DNA from: Alphaproteobacteria bacterium
GTDB lineage: Bacteria > Pseudomonadota > Alphaproteobacteria > Puniceispirillales > UBA1172
DNA length: 61,325 bases
Direction of reading: 5' to 3'
Assembly (NCBI GenBank): GCA_021296375.1
Contig: JAGWAQ010000002.1
Span: 1,366-62,690 of the forward strand
Shown here: piece by piece, positions 31,001 to 38,875 of the stretch
Layout: each line of letters begins with the position of its first letter
Position numbering within the stretch: the first letter of the stretch is position 1
Made by a program: the position numbers and the translations under genes
Notes under the pieces: generated by a model
The model's database searches: none
What the model was told of the DNA's origin: nothing
Seen by the model: the letters and a program-made list of their open reading frames with translations, nothing else

Positions 31001-32386
31001 TCAGGATTTGACAAAGCGGGCCATAAAGAAGCCATCATTACCTTGCGGGATAATCCGCGTTGTGTCCAGATCATCAGCTTCAACTTGAAGCGCATCCGGC
31101 ATCACCCGAACCCCGCGTCCCGAGGCGGTGGCGGCAAAGCCGTGCAATTCGGCATCGGTAACGGGCAGGTCTTGAGCGCCATCAGGCAGGCTCGCCACCA
31201 TGGCTTCGCCTTCAGCTTTCAGGATCGAGCAGGTGGCATAGACCAGCACGCCCCCGGGCTTGAGCCAGCTGAGGGCGGCCTCAAGCAAGCCGCGCTGGAG
31301 GCTGTTCAAATGCCCAAGGTCAGGGGGGGAATTGTGGCTCAGGATATCGGGCCGACGGCGGATTGTCCCGGTCGCGGAACAAGGGGCGTCGAGCAGAACC
31401 GCATCAACCTTCTGGTCAGGCGACCAGGCCATGCCATCGGCGGTAATAACTTCAGGTGAAAGTTTCAGCCGCGTCATGTTTTCGGTCAGAATCTTGAGGC
31501 GGTCAGCGGAGGTATCCACCGCCAGAACAGTTGCCCCCGCCGCGCAAAGCTCGCAGAGATCAACCACCGTCTTGCCCTTCAGCCCGTCGGTGAAGGCGCC
31601 CTCAAGAAGCATGGCGGGCAGGCTGGCGGCGGCATCCTGCACCCACCAGTCGCCATCGTCATAACCATCAAGGGCCGTCACCATGCCGTCGGTCAGGCGC
31701 ACCGAGCCATGGGGCAGGGCGACACCTTGAAGGCGTTTGGCCCATCCCGCCGGGTCAGTTTTGACCCGCAAATCGAGCGGCGGCGGCATCAGCAGGCTGG
31801 CCATAACGGCCTCGGCGTCCGGCCCCCAATCGGCCTCCAGGGCGCTCACCAGCCAGCCCGGGGCATTGCGCAACGGCGTCGGCGGTTCGGCCAGAATGGC
31901 GTCAATATCAGCGGCGACGCGTCGCAACACGGCATTGGCCAGCCCCGTCAAATGGCTAAACCCTTCGCCGCGCATCAGCCGCACCGCCTGGTCGACGGCG
32001 GCATGGCGATCGCCGTCAGCCCAGATCAATTCCACCACCGCCAGCAGCAGAATAGCCTCGGCTTTTTTGTCACGGCGGCTGAGTGGCTTGGACAGATATC
32101 GCTTCAGCACATGGCGGGCGTCGCCACGGTGCCGCAAAAGGATGGTGATCAACCGGCGGGCAAAGCGGCGGTCTCTCTGGTCAAGCTGTCCCCATTCCTT
32201 CGAAGCATTGAGCGCATCCTGCAACGGATGACCACGCCCGATCACCTCTTCCATCATCATCACGATGGCGCGGCGGGCGGCGGAAGCCGGTTTCGACTTG
32301 CGGCGTTTGTCGGCGTAATTGACGCGCGAACGTCCTTTGCCGCCAGATGAAGGACGTGTTGACGATGGCTTGGATGAAGAGTTCAT
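31001..32386 (-). CDS. rsmB: 16S rRNA m5C967 methyltransferase RsmB/Sun-like, SAM motif I apparently absent
   Basis: NusB-like N-terminal domain. WWVQDAAS, DAPCSATGTIRRRPD and YATCS catalytic Cys motifs. DLCELCAAGATVLAVD occupies the place of DLCAAPGGKT.... Confidence 0.8.
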   Translation of the reverse strand: MNSSSKPSSTRPSSGGKGRSRVNYADKRRKSKPASAARRAIVMMMEEVIGRGHPLQDALNASKEWGQLDQRDRRFARRLITILLRHRGDARHVLKRYLSKPLSRRDKKAEAILLLAVVELIWADGDRHAAVDQAVRLMRGEGFSHLTGLANAVLRRVAADIDAILAEPPTPLRNAPGWLVSALEADWGPDAEAVMASLLMPPPLDLRVKTDPAGWAKRLQGVALPHGSVRLTDGMVTALDGYDDGDWWVQDAAASLPAMLLEGAFTDGLKGKTVVDLCELCAAGATVLAVDTSADRLKILTENMTRLKLSPEVITADGMAWSPDQKVDAVLLDAPCSATGTIRRRPDILSHNSPPDLGHLNSLQRGLLEAALSWLKPGGVLVYATCSILKAEGEAMVASLPDGAQDLPVTDAELHGFAATASGRGVRVMPDALQVEADDLDTTRIIPQGNDGFFMARFVKS

Positions 32387-32522
32387 GCCACGCGGTATAC
32401 GTTGTTTCGCGGCAATATGTCCACCCTGTTAAGGTCCAGTCTATCAAGGCCCACCCTGTTAAGACGGCGTTGTGTTGCGGGAAAGCATTGCGCTTTTTCG
32501 CTCGCGGTCCCATATTAGGCTT

Positions 32523-32711
32523 ATGGAAACCACGACACCTACATCTGATGACGTGACGCCAGCGGAAAACCCCGATCAGGCGAAACCGAAACCATCATCT
32601 GCCGAAGGTGCGCCGATCAAAGGAACACCGGTAGAACACGGCGGCCCGAAAGGCCCTGAACCCACACGCTATGGCGATTGGGAAAAGGGCGGGCGCTGCA
32701 CGGATTTCTAG
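32523..32711 (+). CDS. DUF1674 (SDHAF4-like) protein
   Basis: C-terminal EPTRYGDWEKGGRCTDF is the DUF1674 signature. ATG 32523. Confidence 0.75.
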   Translation: METTTPTSDDVTPAENPDQAKPKPSSAEGAPIKGTPVEHGGPKGPEPTRYGDWEKGGRCTDF

Positions 32712-32725
32712 GACACCTCATTACA

Positions 32726-33055
32726 ATGTCATCATCCCTGACCACCACCATGCTGGTGCAATCTGCTCTGGCCATGGCCAATCGCAACATGGTGGCGATG
32801 GTGCTGGTGCGGCGCGGCGATGCTGATAATGGCGCGGTCCTGGTGCGGCTAGACCTGCCCGATGGCACCGCGATCATTGAAAGCCGGACGCTGGATATCG
32901 ACGGGCGCTACCGCTGGACAGTGCTGGCAGGGGACCCGCCGCTCAGTATTGAGGAGGCCGACGCCAGGCTTGCGCGGGAAATCAGCTTTGATCCTGATTG
33001 CTGGATTGTTGCCATTGACAGCGCAATTGGTGATAATCCCCTGCGCGATCTTTAG
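32726..33055 (+). CDS. DUF1491-like protein
   Basis: From ATG 32726: MSSSLTTTMLVQSALAMANRNMVAMVLVRRGDADNGAVLVRL. The family assignment is from memory. Confidence 0.5.
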   Translation: MSSSLTTTMLVQSALAMANRNMVAMVLVRRGDADNGAVLVRLDLPDGTAIIESRTLDIDGRYRWTVLAGDPPLSIEEADARLAREISFDPDCWIVAIDSAIGDNPLRDL

Positions 33056-33093
33056 CTCTAGTATCTGTTTACCCCCGTTAGGTCTGCCCCTTC

Positions 33094-33915
33094 ATGAAGA
33101 GTTTTATCGAACCCTATATGGTCCTTGATGTGGGGATGTATGTTTTCCTCATTATTGGCGGGTTGGTGGGCTATTATCGCGGCGCCATCAAGGCGGGCAT
33201 TACCCTGGCGTCGTTTTATCTGCCTTATCTCATTTACCTGCATTTTTCAGATCAGATCAGTGATTACACCTCCAAGATCATTAACCTGACCATCGATACC
33301 AACACTTCAGGGCTTGGGGTGCTGGGGACATTCACCGGCTTGATGGGGGCGATTGGCCTGTTTGGCCTGTTCTTTCTTGCCTCACGGTTTATTATGCGGC
33401 TGTTCGCCAATCATGAACCGGAAATGCGGGAAAAGCTGGGGGGCGCGTTGGTCGGCACTTTCGGCAATCAGTTCATGGCAATGCTGAGCCTGATGCTGGT
33501 TTTCATGGCCTTGCCAGCCGCCACCGCCGACACGACGGCGAAATCGCTCTGGTGGAAGATGACAAAACCGGTCGCGCGGGTGATTTTCCCCGTGTACCGG
33601 GAATTGATCTACGACCGCACGGAACGACTGCGCGCGTCAATTGCCGAAGGCGGGCTGTTGAAAGGCGTCGCCTCTGGCGGCGGTTTTGACCTTGAAGGCC
33701 AGCTTGAGGCGATCATCACCGATGGCGCCGGGGTGGCGGAAATCCTGACGGAAGAGCTGACGGCAACCCTCGGCAATATCGACCTTGATAATCTTCAGGC
33801 GGAAGTGGAAAAGCTGACGGAAGAAGGCTTGACCGCCGACGATGTCGATCGCCGCATCCGCGAGGAAGAGGCCCGCCGCCGCCAGATGGTGGATGACCAG
33901 CTGAACGGCAATTAA
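33094..33915 (+). CDS. CvpA-like membrane protein with an acidic C-terminal coiled region
   Basis: About 4 TM helices. The N-terminus D.G.Y.FLIIGGLVGYYRGAIK resembles the CvpA family. The tail is acidic (EEL..L..E.EKLTEE). Confidence 0.5.
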   Translation: MKSFIEPYMVLDVGMYVFLIIGGLVGYYRGAIKAGITLASFYLPYLIYLHFSDQISDYTSKIINLTIDTNTSGLGVLGTFTGLMGAIGLFGLFFLASRFIMRLFANHEPEMREKLGGALVGTFGNQFMAMLSLMLVFMALPAATADTTAKSLWWKMTKPVARVIFPVYRELIYDRTERLRASIAEGGLLKGVASGGGFDLEGQLEAIITDGAGVAEILTEELTATLGNIDLDNLQAEVEKLTEEGLTADDVDRRIREEEARRRQMVDDQLNGN

Positions 33916-34007
33916 CGCCGCCGGTCCCTCCTGATCTTTTGGGCCAGTTTTCTTGCGCTGATCAAGGGATGGGGGTATGTTCGGCAGATGACAGGACAGG
34001 GCAACCC

Positions 34008-35057
34008 ATGACCGCAACCCCGCACATGACGGCGCATCAATCGGCGCATCAATCGGCGCATCTAAAGGCGCATCGCCTCTCGGTGGCGCCGATGATGGAC
34101 TGGACCGATCGCCATTGCCGTGTCTTCCACCGGCTGCTGGCGCCAGAGGCCATGCTGTTTTCGGAAATGGTGACCGCCGATGCCATTATTCATGGTGATC
34201 GTGACCGGCTGCTGATGGGGCATCATACCGATCAGGGGGACCCGGTTGCGCTTCAGCTTGGCGGCAGTGACCCGCAAAAACTGGCGCAGGCCATTACCCT
34301 CGCCGCGCCCTATCGATATTCTGAATATAACCTCAATGTTGGCTGCCCGTCGGACCGCGTGCAATCAGGGCGGTTCGGCGCGTGCCTGATGGCGGAACCG
34401 GAACTGGTGCGCGATTGCATGACGGCGATGATCACCGCCGCCGGCGACACCCCCGTGACCGTCAAATGCCGCATCGGGATTGATGACATGGACCCCGAAA
34501 CCGGCCTCGACACTTTTGTGGAAACCGTGGCCCGATCAGGGGTGCGGCAGTTCATCATCCATGCCCGCAAAGCCTGGCTCAACGGCCTCAGCCCGAAGGA
34601 AAACCGCACCATTCCGCCGCTCGATTATGACCGCGTGATGCGCCTGCGCGACAAGTTCAGGGGGCTTGATATTTCCATCAATGGCGGGATCAACGAGCGC
34701 GAACAAGCAGTAGCGCTTGAGCAGAAATTCAGCGGCGTGATGATCGGCCGTGCCGCTTACCAGACGCCTTATCTGCTGGCGCAAATGTCAGCGGCGATTT
34801 ATGGCCATGATGTTGCCGATCGCTTTGCCGTCGCCATGGCGATGGCGGATTACGCCGATGCCCGCCATGCGGAAGGCGTGCGGCTGATCGCCATCACCCG
34901 CCATATGCTGGGGCTGATGAATGGCCTGCCAGGGGCCAAAGCCTGGCGCCGCGCCTTGTCCGAAGAGGCGCGCGGTGAGGACGCGGATGGCGAGGTTATT
35001 CGCGCCGCGACATCCCGACTTCAGGACAGTTTAACTTCAACCGAAAACGCGGCGTAA
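34008..35057 (+). CDS. dusA: tRNA-dihydrouridine(20/20a) synthase DusA with a short repeat-containing N-terminal extension
   Basis: LSVAPMMDWTDRHCR, YNLNVGCPSDRV, VTVKCRIG and IIHARKAWL. Confidence 0.88.
   Translation: MTATPHMTAHQSAHQSAHLKAHRLSVAPMMDWTDRHCRVFHRLLAPEAMLFSEMVTADAIIHGDRDRLLMGHHTDQGDPVALQLGGSDPQKLAQAITLAAPYRYSEYNLNVGCPSDRVQSGRFGACLMAEPELVRDCMTAMITAAGDTPVTVKCRIGIDDMDPETGLDTFVETVARSGVRQFIIHARKAWLNGLSPKENRTIPPLDYDRVMRLRDKFRGLDISINGGINEREQAVALEQKFSGVMIGRAAYQTPYLLAQMSAAIYGHDVADRFAVAMAMADYADARHAEGVRLIAITRHMLGLMNGLPGAKAWRRALSEEARGEDADGEVIRAATSRLQDSLTSTENAA
34031..34078 (+). repeat. 12-nt tandem units x4 (ggcgcatcaatc x2, ggcgcatctaaa, ggcgcatcgcct) in the dusA 5' end, encoding AHQS AHQS AHLK AHRL
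   Basis: Direct reading. Confidence 0.9.
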
Positions 35058-35059
35058 CC

Positions 35060-35653
35060 ATGACCACATCTGACCAAAATTCCCCATCCTCCACCCCGAA
35101 AACCTCTGGCGGGATGAAGGCGTTGCTTGAATACGGGCCGCTGGTGTTGTTTTTTCTCGTCAATTCCAAATACGGGATTTACCATGGCACGGCGGTGCTG
35201 GTGGTGGCGACGGTGGTGTCGCTCAGCATCTCCTGGTGGCGTGACCGGTATGTGCCGAAAATCCTCGCCTTTGGGTGCGCAGCGGTGGTGTTTTTCGGCG
35301 CCCTGACCCTGATTTTCAATGACGACACTTTCATCAAGCTCAAGCCAACGGTGGTCAGCCTGACCATCGCGGTGATTTTATGGGGCGGTCAGCGGATCGG
35401 CAAAAACCCCCTGAAATCCATCATGGGCGATTCGCTGAAAATGCAACTGCCTGATTCCGGCTGGCGGGGGCTGACGCGGCTGTGGGTGCTGATGTTCGCC
35501 AGTTTGGCGGTGGCCAATGAAATGGCCTGGCGCAACCTGTCCACCGACGATTGCGTCACCTTCAAAGTCTTTGGTTTGACAGGGCTTTCCCTTGTTTTCG
35601 GCGTTGCCATTGCGATCTATCTTTCGCGTTACGCAACCCCTGATGAAGGCTAG
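35060..35653 (+). CDS. yciB: intracellular septation protein A (YciB/IspZ family)
   Basis: 197-aa, 5-TM ORF with LLEYGPLVLFFLVN and KLKPT motifs. Confidence 0.8.
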   Translation: MTTSDQNSPSSTPKTSGGMKALLEYGPLVLFFLVNSKYGIYHGTAVLVVATVVSLSISWWRDRYVPKILAFGCAAVVFFGALTLIFNDDTFIKLKPTVVSLTIAVILWGGQRIGKNPLKSIMGDSLKMQLPDSGWRGLTRLWVLMFASLAVANEMAWRNLSTDDCVTFKVFGLTGLSLVFGVAIAIYLSRYATPDEG

Positions 35654-35800
35654 AAAACAGCTGATTTTATCCTAAATCATCAAAACTGCCGCAGACGGGA
35701 TATTTTTTGTCGCGGCAATTGCATCTTGTAAAGGCCAAGCGGCGCAAATTATCTGAAAATAACTTGAGTTTCTTCGGGTTTACAGACACAGGAGTACACC

Positions 35801-36493
35801 ATGGCTGATGAAGACGATATCATTCTCGCTGACCTTGATGATGATGAGCTTGTCCAGCAGATCCACGATGACCTTTATGATGGTCTTCAGGAAGAGGTTG
35901 TGGAAGCCGTTAATATTTTCCTTAGCCGTGGCTGGGCCCCGTATCGTGTTCTGACCGACGCCCTTGTTGAAGGCATGACGATTGTCGGGATCGATTTCCG
36001 TGACGGTATCCTGTTCGTGCCGGAAGTGCTGATGGCCGCTAACGCCATGAAAGCCGGGATGACCATCCTGCGCCCACTGCTTGCCGAAACCGGCGCCCCG
36101 CAGCAGGGCAAGATGGTGATCGGCACAGTTAAGGGCGACATCCACGACATTGGTAAAAACCTCGTTTCCATGATGATGGAAGGCGCCGGGTTTGAAGTCA
36201 TTGATCTCGGGATCAACAACCCTGTTGAAAACTACATCGAAGCGCTGGAAGAGCATAAGCCGGACATCCTCGGTATGTCGGCCCTGCTCACCACCACCAT
36301 GCCTTACATGAAGGTCGTGATCGACGCGCTGGTCGAAAAAGGCATGCGTGATGATTACATCGTGCTGGTTGGCGGCGCGCCGCTGAACGAAGCTTTTGCC
36401 GATTCCATTGGCGCTGATGCCTATTGCCGTGACGCGGCGGTGGCTGTTGAAACCGCCAAGACCATGGTTGCTGATCGGGCTGCGGCAGAATAG
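35801..36493 (+). CDS. corrinoid (B12-binding) methyl-carrier protein
   Basis: Helical B12 cap plus a Rossmann domain with DxHxxG (GDIHDIGKN), SxL (SALLTTT) and GG (VGGAPL). Confidence 0.85.
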   Translation: MADEDDIILADLDDDELVQQIHDDLYDGLQEEVVEAVNIFLSRGWAPYRVLTDALVEGMTIVGIDFRDGILFVPEVLMAANAMKAGMTILRPLLAETGAPQQGKMVIGTVKGDIHDIGKNLVSMMMEGAGFEVIDLGINNPVENYIEALEEHKPDILGMSALLTTTMPYMKVVIDALVEKGMRDDYIVLVGGAPLNEAFADSIGADAYCRDAAVAVETAKTMVADRAAAE

Positions 36494-36807
36494 TGGCTAG
36501 TCTGACTGTTATCTACTGGCGTGATATTCCTGCCCAGGTTGTCGCCGAGGAAGGCCGTGGCCGCAATCGCCAGCAGGCGAAGGTCGAAATGCCGCGTCGC
36601 TTTGCCCTCGCGATTGATGAAGCGGCGATGCGCGATGGCGCCGACAGCACCGATGATTATTTGGCGGAATGGCGTAAAGCTGACCCTGAAGCTTGCGGCG
36701 ATGACCTTAAGGCCGAAGCGGAAAGCCGCGCCGCTGCGCTTGATGCGGAATATGACAAAGCCAAACTGGCGGCGCTGGTGGCCAATGGAGGTTCGGCCTC
36801 GGCTTAA
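36493..36807 (+). CDS. 104-aa uncharacterised protein translationally coupled to the corrinoid protein (possibly the family annotated 'virulence factor' domain)
   Basis: The GTG overlaps the upstream TAG (TAGTG). Sequence MASLTVIYWRDIPAQVVAEEGRGR...; no TM helix and no motif I recognise. Confidence 0.55.
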   Translation: MASLTVIYWRDIPAQVVAEEGRGRNRQQAKVEMPRRFALAIDEAAMRDGADSTDDYLAEWRKADPEACGDDLKAEAESRAAALDAEYDKAKLAALVANGGSASA

Positions 36808-36945
36808 CCGCGGGCCAACCCATCCAAGCCCCTGCCGGAATGAGAAGCCCAAGACCCTGTCGGAATTAGAAGAGTGTTTGGCGTGATCTGAAGAGCGGTT
36901 CACGCCATGACGCGCCAATGTTTTTCACGCTTATGGAGACAGTGA

Positions 36946-37848
36946 ATGACCACTCTTATTGATGATATTGCAAAAGCTGGCCAGAATTGGTCGATCGAAG
37001 TGACCCCCCCAGGGGCAGGCAAGATTGAAAGCTTTGCTGAAGTTCTGGCCGAAGGCACAACGGTTAACGTGACGTTCCTGCCCGGCACTGACCCGAAAGA
37101 CACGGTCGATGTCGCCGTGCGGTTGCGTGAAGACGGCATGAACCCGGTTCCGCATATCGCGGCACGTTCCCTGCAATCCAAAGACCAGCTCGACGGCCTG
37201 CTTGCGGATATGGTCAACCGCGCCAGGGTTGAGGAAGTGCTGGTCATCGGCGGCGGGGTTGATCACCCTGTCGGTGATTTCGCCTCCAGCATGGATGTGC
37301 TGGAAACCGGATTGATCCAGAAACATGGCATCCGCAAGATTGGCGTGTCCGGCCACCCCGAAGGCAGCCCTGACATCAACACAGATGAACTGGCCCATGC
37401 CCTTGAGTGGAAAAACAATTTCGCCAAGACCGAAGGCCTTGATCTTTACATTGAAACGCAGTTTTGCTTTGAAGCGGACGCCGTCGTGGCGTGGGAAAAA
37501 TCCATTCGCGCGGCGGGCAATACCCTGCCGATCCGTATTGGCATCCCTGGCCCCGCCACCATCAAGACCTTGTTCCGCTTTGCGCAAATCTCCGGCATTG
37601 GCCCGTCGATGCGGGTGATCGCCAAGCAGGCCAAGAATGTCACCAAATTGCTGACGGTTCAGTCGCCGCATCTGCTGCTGACTGGCCTGGCGGAAGCGAT
37701 GGCGGCGGATCCTGAATCCCGCATTGCCCATTTCCATTATTACCCGTTCGGTGGTTTTGCCCGCACGTCCCGTTGGGCGTCGGCGGTGGCGAGCGGCAAT
37801 ATTGAACTCCTGCCCAAGGGCGGTTTTGCCGTTCCTGAAGAAGCTTAA
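36946..37848 (+). CDS. methylenetetrahydrofolate reductase (MTHFR/MetF family)
   Basis: 300-aa ORF. EVTPP..., VPHIAAR, GVSGHPEG and ETQFCFE are consistent with the MetF TIM barrel. Confidence 0.75.
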   Translation: MTTLIDDIAKAGQNWSIEVTPPGAGKIESFAEVLAEGTTVNVTFLPGTDPKDTVDVAVRLREDGMNPVPHIAARSLQSKDQLDGLLADMVNRARVEEVLVIGGGVDHPVGDFASSMDVLETGLIQKHGIRKIGVSGHPEGSPDINTDELAHALEWKNNFAKTEGLDLYIETQFCFEADAVVAWEKSIRAAGNTLPIRIGIPGPATIKTLFRFAQISGIGPSMRVIAKQAKNVTKLLTVQSPHLLLTGLAEAMAADPESRIAHFHYYPFGGFARTSRWASAVASGNIELLPKGGFAVPEEA

Positions 37849-37883
37849 CCTCCTCATTTCCGTTTCAGAAAAGGATTTCTGTC

Positions 37884-38783
37884 ATGACCATCACCCGAGT
37901 ATCTTCCGATAAACAAGAGATTGAAATCGGTTTCGAGAAGCCGTTCTGCATTATCGGTGAGCGCATCAACCCCACGGGCCGTAAACTGCTGGCGGCTGAA
38001 ATGGCGGAAGGCGATTACAGCCGTGTTGTTTCCGATGCCATTGCCCAGGTCGAAGCTGGCGCCACCATGCTGGACGTCAATGCCGGCATCCCGATGGCTG
38101 ATGAGCCCGCTATTCTGGCGGAATGCATCCAGCTGATCCAGAACACCGTTGATGTGCCGCTGGCGATTGACAGCTCGATTGTTGAAGCGCTGGAATCCGG
38201 CCTGTCCGTTTACAAGGGCAAGCCGCTCGTTAACTCTGTCACCGGTGAAGAAGAACGCCTTGAAGTGGTGCTGCCGCTGGTCAAGAAATACGGCGCCTCC
38301 GTGGTGGCGATTTCCAATGACGAAACCGGCATTTCCGAAGACCCGAACGTACGTTACGAGGTCGCCAAGAAAATTGTCGAGCGCGCTGAAGATTACGGCA
38401 TCCCGCGCGAGGATGTTGTTGTCGACCCTCTCATCATGCCTGTTGGCGCGATCAATCTTGCCGGCCGTTCCGCCCTTGACCTGATCCGTCGTCTGCGTGA
38501 AGAGCTGAAGGTCAACACCACTTGCGGCGCGTCCAATATTTCCTTTGGCTTGCCGAACCGTCATGGCATGAACGCCGCCTTCCTGGCGATGGCCGTTGGC
38601 GCCGGCATGACCTCCGCCATCATGAACCCCCTGCATACCGAAGAAATGTCAGGGATCATGGGCGCAGATGTCATGATGGGCACTGACCCGGAATGCCGCC
38701 GCTGGATTTCCAAATACCGTGAGCCTGTGCCAGAAGGCCAAGCCGGTGCGCGCCGTGAAACACGTCGTCGCCGCAAAGCCTGA
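37884..38783 (+). CDS. methyltetrahydrofolate:corrinoid methyltransferase (pterin-binding domain protein)
   Basis: IIGERINPTGRK, MLDVNAG, LAIDSS, VNSVTGE and GASNISFGLPNR match the MetH pterin / AcsE-type domain. Confidence 0.8.
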   Translation: MTITRVSSDKQEIEIGFEKPFCIIGERINPTGRKLLAAEMAEGDYSRVVSDAIAQVEAGATMLDVNAGIPMADEPAILAECIQLIQNTVDVPLAIDSSIVEALESGLSVYKGKPLVNSVTGEEERLEVVLPLVKKYGASVVAISNDETGISEDPNVRYEVAKKIVERAEDYGIPREDVVVDPLIMPVGAINLAGRSALDLIRRLREELKVNTTCGASNISFGLPNRHGMNAAFLAMAVGAGMTSAIMNPLHTEEMSGIMGADVMMGTDPECRRWISKYREPVPEGQAGARRETRRRRKA

Positions 38784-38875
38784 CCACCGACTTTAATGCC
38801 GAATAATCACGCAGGACGATCATCATCATCACATCAACGACCTGAATAATAGCCTGACCAAAAGGACCGAAGGCA

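Noticed and set aside
33939-34100. The dusA 5' end considered as an attachment site of a DusA-specific integrative element.
   Set aside because: No integrase, excisionase or foreign-looking gene block flanks dusA. The neighbours (CvpA-like, yciB) are core genes.
35654-35800. Possible cobalamin or SAM riboswitch in the 147-bp leader of the corrinoid cluster.
   Set aside because: I could not find a B12-box-like (GCCACTG-type) core or a recognisable SAM-II/SAM-V pseudoknot by eye. An Infernal scan would be needed to exclude one.
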